Shown here in pieces: positions 31,734 to 40,651 of a DNA stretch of 52,485 nt (position 1 is its first letter; each line of letters begins with the position of its first letter). Both the position numbers and the translations under genes were made by a program. The notes below the pieces were generated by a model. The model searched no databases and was not told the DNA's origin. It saw nothing but the letters and a program-made list of their open reading frames with translations. This DNA comes from Egibacteraceae bacterium (GTDB taxonomy: Bacteria > Actinomycetota > Nitriliruptoria > Euzebyales > Egibacteraceae), in assembly GCA_035540515.1 (NCBI GenBank), contig DATLGM010000286.1, positions 1-52,485 on the forward strand, in the 5' to 3' direction.

Positions 31734-32948
31734 GTGGACTTCGCCTTCAGCGACAAGGCACTCGACCTGCAGCGCCAGGTGCGCGAGTTCATGGAGAGCG
31801 AGGTGATGCCCGCCGAGTCGGTCTACCGGGAGCAGGTAGCAGCGAGCGGCAACCCGCACCATCACCCACAGGTCATGGAGGAGCTGAAGGCCAAGGCGCG
31901 CTCGGCAGGGCTGTGGAACCTGTTCCTGCCGGACCCCGAGTGGGGGGCGGGGCTGACCAACCTCGAGTACGCGCCGCTGGCCGAGCTGATGGGCCGCAGC
32001 GTCATCGGGCCCGAGGCGTTCAACTGCAACGCCCCGGACACGGGGAACATGGAGGTGCTGGCGCAGTACGGCACGCGCGCACAGCAGGAGGAGTGGCTCG
32101 TGCCGCTGTTGGCCGGCGAGATCCGCTCGTGTTTCTCCATGACCGAGCCGGACGTCGCCAGCTCGGACGCAACGAACATTCAGTCCCGGATCGAGCGCGA
32201 CGGGGACCACTACGTCATCAACGGACGCAAGTGGTGGACCTCCGGTGCTGCCCGTGAGCGCTGCAGGATCAGCATCTTCATGGGCAAGACGGATCCCGAG
32301 GCACCCCTGCACCAGCAGCAGTCGATGATCCTGGTGCCGCTGGACACGCCGGGGATCTCCACGGTCCGCACGCTGTCGGTGTTCGGCTACGACGAGGGCG
32401 AAGGCCACGTCGAGCAGACCTTCACCGACGTGCGGGTGCCGGCCGGCAACTTGCTGCAGGAGGAGGGCGACGGCTTCCGAATCGCGCAGGGGCGGCTCGG
32501 TCCCGGGCGCATCCATCACTGCATGCGCCTGATCGGCATGGCCGAGCGGGCCGTCGAGCTCATGTGCCAGCGGGTGATCTCCCGCACGGCGTTCGGGAAG
32601 CCGCTGGCGCGACAGGGGGTCATCCAGAACTGGATCGCCGAATCCAGGTGCGAGATCGAGCAAGCACGATTGCTCGTTCTGAAGGCCGCCTGGATGATGG
32701 ACACGGTCGGCAACAAGGCAGCGAAGTCCGAGATCGCGATGATCAAGATCGTCGCGCCGCGCATGGCCCAGGGCATCATCGACCGTGCAATTCAGGCCTT
32801 CGGCGGTGCCGGGGTCAGCCAGGACACGCCGCTCGCCCAGGCATACGCGCACGCCCGCACGCTGCGCCTGGCCGATGGACCCGACGAGGTCCACCTGATG
32901 AGCCTGGCGCGGCGAGAGCTGAAGGGGCATCTGGCCGAACTTGGCTAA
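31734..32948 (+). CDS. acyl-CoA dehydrogenase (ACAD10/FadE2-like)
   Basis: [45 protein letters not shown] start, TAA stop. Confidence 0.9.
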   Translation: MDFAFSDKALDLQRQVREFMESEVMPAESVYREQVAASGNPHHHPQVMEELKAKARSAGLWNLFLPDPEWGAGLTNLEYAPLAELMGRSVIGPEAFNCNAPDTGNMEVLAQYGTRAQQEEWLVPLLAGEIRSCFSMTEPDVASSDATNIQSRIERDGDHYVINGRKWWTSGAARERCRISIFMGKTDPEAPLHQQQSMILVPLDTPGISTVRTLSVFGYDEGEGHVEQTFTDVRVPAGNLLQEEGDGFRIAQGRLGPGRIHHCMRLIGMAERAVELMCQRVISRTAFGKPLARQGVIQNWIAESRCEIEQARLLVLKAAWMMDTVGNKAAKSEIAMIKIVAPRMAQGIIDRAIQAFGGAGVSQDTPLAQAYAHARTLRLADGPDEVHLMSLARRELKGHLAELG

Positions 32949-32949
32949 A

Positions 32950-32967
32950 CCTGTCCGGATGGACAGG
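32950..32967 (+). terminator. short stem-loop just after the acyl-CoA dehydrogenase stop
   Basis: CCTGTCC-ggat-GGACAGG: 7-bp stem, 4-nt loop, 2 nt after TAA. No U-tract, so its function as a terminator is uncertain. Confidence 0.35.
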
Positions 32968-33200
32968 TGCGCTTGCATTAGTTAGCAGTAACGGAGGTAG
33001 GGTCGACCCAGCGACACCCAGCAACGCGTGTCGTCGGGCTGCCCCGATGTGAGCGCAGTCCACAACCGAGCCGTCGATGTCGGCCGAATCATCGCCGCCC
33101 GTGAGAGGGTGGCCGGCCATCGGCGTGCCGCATAGGCACCTGGTGCCAGGCCCGGGAAGGGACCGGGCCGCGGACGCCCGCAGTCAGTGCGCTGCCTCGT
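32968..33200 (+). promoter_or_regulatory. candidate cyclic-di-AMP (ydaO-yuaA type) riboswitch in the rpf leader (boundaries approximate)
   Basis: A 290-nt non-coding leader precedes a LysM-Rpf gene. It contains blocks I recognise from ydaO-class RNAs: GCGCUU..., ACGGAGG (32991-32997), GGUCGACCCA (33001-33010), GCCGAAUC (33083-33090) and CCGCCCG (33095-33101). A GC-rich helix lies at 33126-33170. Confidence 0.45.
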
Positions 33201-33241
33201 GCAGCTGCGTCCGTTTCAAGCCCTGAGACCATCGAGGACGA

Positions 33242-33871
33242 ATGTCTGGCAAGACCCTGCAGTCGAATGCTGCCCGCCCACGTCGCACCCGAGCGGCGGC
33301 GACCGTCACCGCGGTGACGCTGGGCCTGACCGGCGCCCTCCCGGGGGCGGCCCTTGCGGCCGAGACGTACCGCGTGAAGTCCGGCGACACGCTGCAGTCC
33401 ATCGCCGAGGACCACGGCTACAAGGGCATCAACGCCTGGCGTCGGCTGTTCGATGCCAACCGCAAGATCGACAACCCCGACCTCATCGTGCCGGGTCAGC
33501 GGCTGACCGTCCCCGACAAGGGTGAGAAGGTCAAGCGCCGCGCGCTGCCGGCGGCCGAGGCCGTCGCCCCCCGCCGTGAGGGCGCTGCGGCGTCGCGCAG
33601 CAGCGAGACCACCACCACAACCACGGCGCCCAGTGGTGGCGTCTGGTACAGCCTCGCGCAGTGCGAGTCCGGTGGGAACTGGTCGATCAACACCGGCAAC
33701 GGCTACTACGGCGGCTTGCAATTCTCGCTGTCGAGCTGGCGCGCCGTCGGCGGCAGCGGCTACCCCCACGAGCACAGCGCGAGCACCCAGATCGCCATGG
33801 GCCAGCGGCTGCAGGCGCAGCAAGGCTGGGGCGCGTGGCCGGCCTGCGCCGCCAAGCTCGGCCTGCGCTAA
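33242..33871 (+). CDS. rpf: LysM-domain resuscitation-promoting factor (Rpf-type transglycosylase)
   Basis: Signal peptide, LysM (YRVKSGDTLQSIAEDHGY.....LIVPGQRLTVP) and an Rpf catalytic domain (WYSLAQCESGGNWSINTGNGYYGGLQFSLSSW...GWGAWPACAAKLGL). GAGGA lies before the ATG. Confidence 0.85.
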   Translation: MSGKTLQSNAARPRRTRAAATVTAVTLGLTGALPGAALAAETYRVKSGDTLQSIAEDHGYKGINAWRRLFDANRKIDNPDLIVPGQRLTVPDKGEKVKRRALPAAEAVAPRREGAAASRSSETTTTTTAPSGGVWYSLAQCESGGNWSINTGNGYYGGLQFSLSSWRAVGGSGYPHEHSASTQIAMGQRLQAQQGWGAWPACAAKLGLR

Positions 33872-33926
33872 GCAAGCCCTCTCCGCGGCCGGTCGCCTCA
33901 GTCGCGGCCGCCGCGGGTTCACCCTC

Positions 33927-33974
33927 GGCCGTGTGGGTCTGTGTGCACTGACGTGCACGGAGGCCCACACGGCC
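33927..33974. terminator. long imperfect stem-loop between convergent rpf and ftsH-like genes
   Basis: GGCCGTGTGGG (33927-33937) pairs with CCCACACGGCC (33964-33974). An inner GTGCAC/GTGCAC pairing flanks a tgac loop. A third CCCACAC copy lies downstream at about 33985. Confidence 0.4.
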
Positions 33975-34031
33975 ATGTGGTGTTTCACCCGGACCCACAC
34001 AGCTCAGTGGGGATGGGCGGCGGCGTGAGCG

Positions 34032-35936
34032 TCAGGCGCCGGCGTCGAGCCAGTCGCGCCGGCGCCGGTCGATGCCGCGGCGCTCGATCACCAGACCGTC
34101 GCGCACCGGGGCGCCGGCGCCGGCGAGCACGTCGGTGATCTCCTCGCCGATCAGCTCGTCGCGTTCGAGCAAGGCGTCGCGCAGCGCGTCGACCAGGTGC
34201 CGGTTGGCTGACAGCAGCGCGCGGGCGCGGGCCTTGGCCTGCGCCAGGATCCGGTCGACCTCTGGGCGCGCCACGGGGTCGGCGAGCACCCGGCCGACGA
34301 GGTTGGAGCCGGTGAGCGCACCCTGCTCGACCGCGGCCAGTGACACCAGGGAGCCGGCCATGCCGGCGGATCCGACGATCTCGCAGGCGACCTGCGTCGC
34401 GTAGGCGAGGTCGCCACCCGGCCCGGTGCCGGCCTCGCCGAAGTACAGCTCCTCGGCGCACATCCCGCCCATCGCGATCTCGAGCAGGGCGTGCATCTCG
34501 CTGCGCGTCCGTGTGTAGACCTCGTCCGGGTCGCCGTGGGCGAGCAGACCCAGCGAGCCGGCGCGCTTGACGATCGACAGCACCTCCAGCCGGCGCGTGC
34601 CGGCCAGGTACGCGACCGTGGCGTGACCGGCCTCGTGCGTGGCGACGGTGCGCCGCTCGAGGTCGGTGTACGGCACGGGGTTCTTCATCCCCACCTCGCC
34701 GGTCAGCCGGGCCTCCTGCACGTCGGCCCACGTGAGCGCGTCGCGGCCGTGGCGCAGAGCGATCACCAGCGACTCGTCCAGCAGGTGCTCGATCATCACC
34801 GGCGTGTAGCCGAACGTCTGGCCGGCAAGCTGGTCGACACGAGCGGGGTCGTCGAGCTCGGCGCTGTGGGCCTTGCGGTCCAGGAAGTACGACAGCAGCT
34901 CGACTCGGGCGTGCTTGGCGGGCAGCTCGAAGGCCAGGCGGCGGTCGAACCGCCCGGGGCGCAGCAGCGCGGGGTCGAGGTTGTCCGCGCGGTTGGTCGC
35001 GGCGATGACGAGGATGTTGTTGTACTGCGGCTTGCGCTTGGACACGGCCCGATGGGGCGGCAGGTAGGCGTTGACGACGTCGACCAGCCGGTTGACGAGC
35101 CGTTCGCGCCACGGCGGGGTGTCAAACGATTGCAGCTGCACCAGCAGCTCGTTGACCACGCCGCCGGTGCCCTCGGACGTCCCGAAGGCGCTGACCGTCA
35201 GGCCCATCCGGTTGCAGGCTCGCAGCACCGAGGGGTGGACGGTCGGCGTGCTGTTGAGCCCGTTGCGGGTCATCGCGATCGCGTCGATCTCCTCGATGAA
35301 CCCGATCGCGCCGCCCTCCTTGCGCGCCGTGGCGCGCAGGGCCTTGAAGTAGTTGCGGATCTTGCGCGCGGTGGCGCCGTACCACATGGATTGGAAGCTG
35401 GTCGCGGAGACGAACAGGAACGGGACACCGGCTTCCCGCGCCAGCGCCTTGGCAAGGTGCGTCTTGCCGGTTCCCGGGGGGCCCTCGAACAGCAGGCCAC
35501 GGCGGGGGTTGCCGCCCAGTCGCTCCCGGTACAGCGCATACCCCAGGAAGGTGTTCAGCGTCTTGATGACCTCGTCCACGACGGGGCCGAGCCCTTTGAC
35601 GTCGTCGAAGCCGACCTCGATCTGCTCGGGCTGGAACAGCAGATGCGGCGAGCGTCCCGACAGCAACGGCATCGCGACGGCGGCGCCCAGTGCGAGGATC
35701 AGCGCCAGGGGGATGAGGTAGATCACCCAGTCGTCGGGCAGCGACGGCAGCGCAAAGACGTTGAACGGCGCGCCCGCCAGGATGCGACCCCACAAGAACG
35801 CCGCCACCGGCATGAGCAGCGCGCCCAGGAGCAGCAGCCGGCGCTGCCGGGCTCGCTCACGGGCGGCGCCGACGTCAGCCGAGAGCGCGTCGATCAGACC
35901 GCCGCCGAGACGGCCGGCCACCGACTCCTGCGTCAT
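34032..35936 (-). CDS. FtsH-family AAA+ zinc metalloprotease paralogue (divergent)
   Basis: ATG 35936 is preceded by GGGAGGG. Two N-terminal TM helices; Walker A GPPGTGKT; Walker B-like GFIEEID; ATNRADNLDPALLRPGRFDRR (SRH); protease HEAGHA. Extra sequence lies between Walker B and sensor-1. Confidence 0.85.
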   Translation of the reverse strand: MTQESVAGRLGGGLIDALSADVGAARERARQRRLLLLGALLMPVAAFLWGRILAGAPFNVFALPSLPDDWVIYLIPLALILALGAAVAMPLLSGRSPHLLFQPEQIEVGFDDVKGLGPVVDEVIKTLNTFLGYALYRERLGGNPRRGLLFEGPPGTGKTHLAKALAREAGVPFLFVSATSFQSMWYGATARKIRNYFKALRATARKEGGAIGFIEEIDAIAMTRNGLNSTPTVHPSVLRACNRMGLTVSAFGTSEGTGGVVNELLVQLQSFDTPPWRERLVNRLVDVVNAYLPPHRAVSKRKPQYNNILVIAATNRADNLDPALLRPGRFDRRLAFELPAKHARVELLSYFLDRKAHSAELDDPARVDQLAGQTFGYTPVMIEHLLDESLVIALRHGRDALTWADVQEARLTGEVGMKNPVPYTDLERRTVATHEAGHATVAYLAGTRRLEVLSIVKRAGSLGLLAHGDPDEVYTRTRSEMHALLEIAMGGMCAEELYFGEAGTGPGGDLAYATQVACEIVGSAGMAGSLVSLAAVEQGALTGSNLVGRVLADPVARPEVDRILAQAKARARALLSANRHLVDALRDALLERDELIGEEITDVLAGAGAPVRDGLVIERRGIDRRRRDWLDAGA

Positions 35937-36023
35937 CTGCCCTCCCGGCTCGCACACCCCGATACCGGCAGGTGGCCGGCGGTGGCTACTGCATCGGCAG
36001 CGCCGGCGGGTGACTTGACCCGG

Positions 36024-37547
36024 TCAGTCCGGCAGGTCCTTGCGCTCCAGCGGCTGGACGGCGGGGCCGTTGAGCACCTGCCCGTCGACTGCGAACCGGG
36101 ACCCGTGACACGGGCAGTCCCAGCTGCGCTCCCCGTTGTTCCACGACACCAGGCAGCCCATGTGGGTGCAGACCGCGGACACCGCGTGCACGGCGCCGTC
36201 GTCGTCGCGGTACGCGGCGACCGGACCGCCGTCTGCCTGCACGACCGCCGCCTCACCGGGTGCCAGCGCGTCCGCGGAGTCCTCACCCTCCTTGGCCAGG
36301 CGGTCGCCGACGAAGTGCACCGCGTCCTTGACGTTCTCCTTGATGAAGTCCTTGGCGCCTGCGACCGGCTTGACCCGGTTGCTGTCGTACAGCGACGCCC
36401 AGGGGTTGTCGCGGCCCAGGATGGCGTCGGACAGCAGCATGCCCGCCAACGTCCCGCCGGTCATGCCCCAGGCGTTGAACCCCGTGGCGGTGTACAGGTG
36501 CTGGGCCGTCCGCGACAGCCGCCCGATGTAGGGGACGCCGTCGACGGAGTAGTTGTCCTGTGCCGACCAGTGGTGCTCGAACGCCTCCACCGCGAACCGC
36601 TCGGACGCCCACTGCTGCAACAGCCGATAGCGCTGCTCGGTGTCGCTCTCTTCACCGACCTTGTGCTTCTCGCCGCTGATGACCAACAGGGCATCGTCGC
36701 CGTACGGCGTACCCCGGACCGAGCGCGTCGGCTGCCCCGCGGAGATGAACATGCCGTCCGGGACCATGGCGCGGGCGACCTTTGCCGTGACCACGTGCTC
36801 GCGGAACGGGTGCACTTTGGCAAAGAACAGACCTCGGTCGGCCATCGGCATGTGCGTGGCGATCACGACGTCGCGGGCGGTGATGACACCGTGCTCGGTC
36901 TCGACGCGGCACGGCGTGCCGTCATGGACCTTCGTGACGCGGCTGTTCTCCCAGACGCTGCTGCCGTCACCGTCGACGGCGTCGGCCAGGTGCAGGAAGT
37001 ACCGGCGGGGGTGGAACTGCGCCTGGTTGCGCTGCCGCACCGCCCCGAACGTCTCGAAGGGCAGGGGCACCTCGGTGACGAACTCGGCGTCCATGCCTGC
37101 CGCCGCACAGGCCTCCGCCTCCTGTCGCACCGTGTCGACGCTGTCCGGGCTGTCGGCGTAGATGTAGTTGTCCTTGCGGACCCACTCGCAGTCCACCGCC
37201 TCGGTGTCGACCAGCACGGCCATGTACTCCAGGGCCGCCAGGTTCGACGCCGCGTACGTGCGCGCCCCGTCCTCGCCGAACGTCCGCGCGATCTCCGAGT
37301 AGATGACGCCGTGGCCGGCGGTCACCTTCGCGGTCGTGTGGCCCGAGACGCCTTCCGCCACACGCCGAGCCTCCACCACGGCGACGCTCAGGCCCGCCTT
37401 CTTGAGCAGGTCGGCGGCGGTCAGACCGACGATGCCGGCACCGATGACCGCGACGTCGACCGTTGCGTCACCACGAGCCGCCGGCCACGCCGGCGCGGGG
37501 GTCGACTCGATCCAGTACGAGGCGGGGGCGCCGGGCAGGTCGCTCAC
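36024..37547 (-). CDS. FAD-dependent oxidoreductase fused to a C-terminal Rieske [2Fe-2S] domain
   Basis: GTG 37547 has AAGGAG 6 nt upstream. Dinucleotide fold VAVIGAGIVGLTAADLL, and Rieske ligand motifs CTHMGC...CPCHGSRF. Confidence 0.85.
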   Translation of the reverse strand: MSDLPGAPASYWIESTPAPAWPAARGDATVDVAVIGAGIVGLTAADLLKKAGLSVAVVEARRVAEGVSGHTTAKVTAGHGVIYSEIARTFGEDGARTYAASNLAALEYMAVLVDTEAVDCEWVRKDNYIYADSPDSVDTVRQEAEACAAAGMDAEFVTEVPLPFETFGAVRQRNQAQFHPRRYFLHLADAVDGDGSSVWENSRVTKVHDGTPCRVETEHGVITARDVVIATHMPMADRGLFFAKVHPFREHVVTAKVARAMVPDGMFISAGQPTRSVRGTPYGDDALLVISGEKHKVGEESDTEQRYRLLQQWASERFAVEAFEHHWSAQDNYSVDGVPYIGRLSRTAQHLYTATGFNAWGMTGGTLAGMLLSDAILGRDNPWASLYDSNRVKPVAGAKDFIKENVKDAVHFVGDRLAKEGEDSADALAPGEAAVVQADGGPVAAYRDDDGAVHAVSAVCTHMGCLVSWNNGERSWDCPCHGSRFAVDGQVLNGPAVQPLERKDLPD

Positions 37548-37631
37548 GATGGACTCCTTGGTCAGTTGCGGTCGCAATCCCCCGCGAGGAGGGTATGCAC
37601 ACACCCGAGACCCCGGATGCGGAGGATTTCC

Positions 37632-37823
37632 GTGAGCGACGACGACGCCCCCCGGTACTACTGGTGCCTGCGCCACCGACGGGTGGAGTCCGAGCAGCTG
37701 TGCTCGGCCGACCGCCGGATGGGCCCGTATCCCTCACGGGAAGCCGCCGAGCAATACGCCGAGACGGCGCAACGACGCAACGAGGCGTGGGAGGCTGAGG
37801 ACGAGCGGTGGGAGGGCAGCTGA
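37632..37823 (+). CDS. small conserved actinobacterial protein (63 aa; YYWC..H..VE...C...RMGPYPSREAAE motif)
   Basis: GTG 37632 has GGAGG 6 nt upstream (alternative ATG 37617). GC3-rich. I recall this motif type (aromatic-C-x-x-H..VE....R(M/L)GPY.(S/T)REEA...W) from small hypothetical proteins of Actinobacteria. It is the tail of an otherwise spurious 1110-aa ORF. Confidence 0.6.
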   Translation: MSDDDAPRYYWCLRHRRVESEQLCSADRRMGPYPSREAAEQYAETAQRRNEAWEAEDERWEGS

Positions 37824-37843
37824 ACCCCTATGCTCGCCCGGCG

Positions 37844-38917
37844 ATGATGTCGGCCCCCGAACACGTCGTCTCCGAGATGCGTGACGATGTCGTCTGCTTC
37901 CGGTTGCACGACCCGCAGGAGCACTACCGCGCCGTGGGGTTGCTGCAGGAGCTGCGCCGTCCACGTGACTGGATGCCGCTGCAGCGCCGCGGCGACATCT
38001 GGGAGCTGGACTTCCCACGGCTGCCCGTCGACCGTATGGAGTATCAGTTCAAGGGGGTGCTGGCGGACGGTAGCGGCGACGAGGTGTTCTGCGACCCGGC
38101 GAACCCGCTGCGCGCCCCCGGGGCCTTCGGGGAGAAGTCGGTGCTGCAGGCACCGCGGTACCGGCCGCCCGTGTGGGCGTCGGAGTCGCCGGCCGGGCTG
38201 CTGCTGCGCGCGTCGCTGCCGAGCCGCACGCTGCGCGGTGAGGTCGACGTCGCGGTCTGGAGCAGCCCCGAGGTGGACGTCGAAGACGACGCGCCGCTGC
38301 TCGTCGCGCACGACGGGCCTGAGTACGCCGAGCTGTCGTCGCTGCTGGGGTTCGCTGCGCATATGACGGACCGCGGTGTGCTGCCGGCCATGCGTGTCGC
38401 GCTGCTCCAGCCACCGTGGCCGCGGGACGAGCACTACTCGGCGTCGGCGGCCTACGCCCGGGCGCTGGTCACCGAGATCTTGCCGGCGCTTGAGTGGCTG
38501 GCGCCGACCGGCGGTGACCGGCGGCAGCGGGTGGCGATGGGCGCGAGCCTGGGTGCGCTGGCCCTGCTGCACGCCCACCGACTGCGCCCCCAAGCCTTCG
38601 GCGGGCTGTTCCTGCAGTCCGGCAGCTACTTCCGTCAGCGCTACGACCGGCAGGAGAGCGGCTTTCCGCGGTTCCGACGCATCAGCCGCTTCGTCGGCAG
38701 CGTGCTCAATGCCGAGTCCTTCGCCGATCCCGTCCCGGTTGTCCTGACCTGCGGGACGGTGGAGGAGAACCTGCCCAACAACCGCGCAGTCACGGCGGCG
38801 CTGCAGCGTCAGGGGTACGACGCTCGCCTGGCCGTGAACCGCGACGCCCACAACTACGTCGGGTGGCGAGACACGTTCGACCCGCATCTGTGCGACCTGC
38901 TCGCGAAGGTCTGGTAA
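37844..38917 (+). CDS. putative esterase (enterochelin-esterase-like alpha/beta hydrolase with N-terminal Ig-like domain)
   Basis: Nucleophile elbow MGASLGALALL (G-x-S-x-G) and FLQSGSYF. Start taken at ATG 37844; GTG 37808 would overlap the preceding small gene. Confidence 0.75.
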   Translation: MMSAPEHVVSEMRDDVVCFRLHDPQEHYRAVGLLQELRRPRDWMPLQRRGDIWELDFPRLPVDRMEYQFKGVLADGSGDEVFCDPANPLRAPGAFGEKSVLQAPRYRPPVWASESPAGLLLRASLPSRTLRGEVDVAVWSSPEVDVEDDAPLLVAHDGPEYAELSSLLGFAAHMTDRGVLPAMRVALLQPPWPRDEHYSASAAYARALVTEILPALEWLAPTGGDRRQRVAMGASLGALALLHAHRLRPQAFGGLFLQSGSYFRQRYDRQESGFPRFRRISRFVGSVLNAESFADPVPVVLTCGTVEENLPNNRAVTAALQRQGYDARLAVNRDAHNYVGWRDTFDPHLCDLLAKVW

Positions 38918-38926
38918 GGAGGAACC

Positions 38927-40153
38927 ATGCCCACGACGCACCTGCTCGGCCTGCTGATCGGTACCGAGGAGGACTGGTCGGGTGCGTTCGAGGCCCTGCT
39001 GGCCCGCGCGGGCCTCGACATCCTCGAAGGGGGCGACCGTCACCGCTTCGACTGCGAACGGATCACCATCGAGCCGTTCAACCTGCGCGCGCAGCCGCGG
39101 TACCGGCTGGTCATCGACCGGCTCGCCCACTGGTACTTCGTCCCGCGCGAGTGGCTGAAGAAGATCGCGCTGATGGACGACGTGTATCTGCTGAACAACC
39201 CGTTCACCTTCCAGTCGATGGAGAAGCACGCCGCCTACTGCGCGATGATGCGTCTTGGGCTGAAGATCCCCGACACGTGGCTGATCCCGCACAAGAACCC
39301 GCCGCAGAACGAGCGGTTTCCCTACACCTCGTCGCGCTACAACCAGCCGTTCGACTTGGAGCAGATCGCCGAGACCATCGGCTACCCGCTGTACATGAAG
39401 CCGTTCGACGGCGGTGCGTGGGTCGGAGTGAGCCGCATCGCCGACGCCGAGGCGCTGCGGTCCGCCTACAACGAGTCGGGGGAGCGGTTGATGCACCTGC
39501 AGGCGGCCGTCGACGGGTTCGACGTGTTCGCCCGCAGCTTGTCCATCGGCGCCGAGACGATGGTGATGCGGTTCGATCCCGACCGTCCCCAACACGATCG
39601 CTACCAGGTCGATCACGGCTTCCTCAAGCCGTCGGTCGGGGAGGAGGTCGTCACGATCGGGCGGACCGTCAACGCCTTCTTCCGGTGGGAGTTCAACTCG
39701 TGCGAGACGTTGATCAAGGGCGACGGCGTGTACCCCATCGACTACGCCAACGCCTGCCCGGACATCTCGCTGATCAGCCTGCACTACTACTTCCCGTGGG
39801 CGATCACCGCCCTGTTGAAGTGGTCGGTGTTCTGTGCGGCGACGAACCGTCGGATGCGGGTCAACCTCGACTTGCGGCGGTGGTTCGACATCGGTGACTC
39901 CGATATGTCCTACGAGGACAAGTTGCGCGAGTACCGCCGGTTGAGCGATGAATACTTCACCGTCGACGACTACCGCGACTTCTGCGAGCGGCACCTGCAG
40001 TCCATCGACGACGTCGTGCACGATTACGTCACCAGTCCCCAGTTCGACGACCTGCTGGTGGCCACCGTCCAGTCCACCTTTCCGGAGCACGAGCACGATC
40101 ACTTCGTCGCGCACTACCGGGGTCTGCTGGGCGCCTGGGCCGACGGGCGGTGA
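38927..40153 (+). CDS. ATP-grasp fold protein of unknown substrate (RimK/glutathione-synthase-like core plus helical C-terminal extension)
   Basis: The pattern GYPLYMKPFDGGAWVGVSRI....L..AY..SG..LMHLQ..V....F.R.. followed by ...YPIDYANACPD is characteristic of ATP-grasp ligases. It starts 9 nt after the esterase stop. Confidence 0.7.
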   Translation: MPTTHLLGLLIGTEEDWSGAFEALLARAGLDILEGGDRHRFDCERITIEPFNLRAQPRYRLVIDRLAHWYFVPREWLKKIALMDDVYLLNNPFTFQSMEKHAAYCAMMRLGLKIPDTWLIPHKNPPQNERFPYTSSRYNQPFDLEQIAETIGYPLYMKPFDGGAWVGVSRIADAEALRSAYNESGERLMHLQAAVDGFDVFARSLSIGAETMVMRFDPDRPQHDRYQVDHGFLKPSVGEEVVTIGRTVNAFFRWEFNSCETLIKGDGVYPIDYANACPDISLISLHYYFPWAITALLKWSVFCAATNRRMRVNLDLRRWFDIGDSDMSYEDKLREYRRLSDEYFTVDDYRDFCERHLQSIDDVVHDYVTSPQFDDLLVATVQSTFPEHEHDHFVAHYRGLLGAWADGR

Positions 40154-40196
40154 CCGACTAAGGTCGTCCGCCACGACCCACCGCGAGGAGACGACA

Positions 40197-40568
40197 ATGC
40201 GCAAAGACTTCGTGCTCATCCCCGACGACCAGCCCGGTGTGCTGGCCCGCCTGGGCGAAGCCGCCGGGGCGGCCGGGATCAACATCGAGGGCATCAGTGC
40301 CTTCACCGGTGAAGGCAAAGGCGTGGTGCACGTGCTGGTGCCCGACGCCGAAGCCGCGCTGGAGGCGCTGTCGGCCGCCGGCCTGGACGTCAGGGCCGCC
40401 CGGGACGTGATCGTGGTCGACATCGAAGACCGGCCCGGCGCGCTGGGGGAATTCACGCGACGCCTGGCCGACGAATCCATCAACGTCGAGCAGGCGTACC
40501 TCGCGACGGGCAACCGGCTGGTGCTGGCGGTCGACGACATCGGGCGCGCCCGAGAGCTGCTGTCCTGA
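40197..40568 (+). CDS. ACT-domain protein (tandem small-ligand-binding modules)
   Basis: ATG 40197 follows GAGGAG. Two beta-alpha-beta-beta-alpha-beta-like halves, each starting with DxPG(V/A)L (DDQPGVLARLGEA..., EDRPGALGEFTRRL...). Confidence 0.75.
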   Translation: MRKDFVLIPDDQPGVLARLGEAAGAAGINIEGISAFTGEGKGVVHVLVPDAEAALEALSAAGLDVRAARDVIVVDIEDRPGALGEFTRRLADESINVEQAYLATGNRLVLAVDDIGRARELLS

Positions 40569-40651
40569 ATTAGTCCTTTTTGGGGATGAAGAACGGTGGG
40601 TAACCGCCGATACCTTTCGGTAGTTCGAGTCCCCGAACAAGGAGGTCGGCG

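Noticed and set aside
34491-37631. Plus-strand part of a 1110-aa ORF, the longest ORF in the window
   Set aside because: It runs antisense to two minus-strand genes with unmistakable motifs (GPPGTGKT/HEAGH, and GxGxxG plus CxH...CxxH). Its translation is Arg/Gly/Ala/Pro/Val low-complexity sequence with no motifs, which is typical of stop-free antisense frames in very GC-rich DNA. Only its last 63 codons (37632-37823, with their own SD) are kept as a gene.
40582-40640. tRNA-like fragment (GTTCGAGTCC resembles a T-loop)
   Set aside because: Only about 53 nt lie between the possible closing stems. The flanks of the T-loop-like heptamer do not pair as a T-stem, and no D or anticodon arm can be drawn. 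It is not a tRNA or tmRNA piece by inspection.
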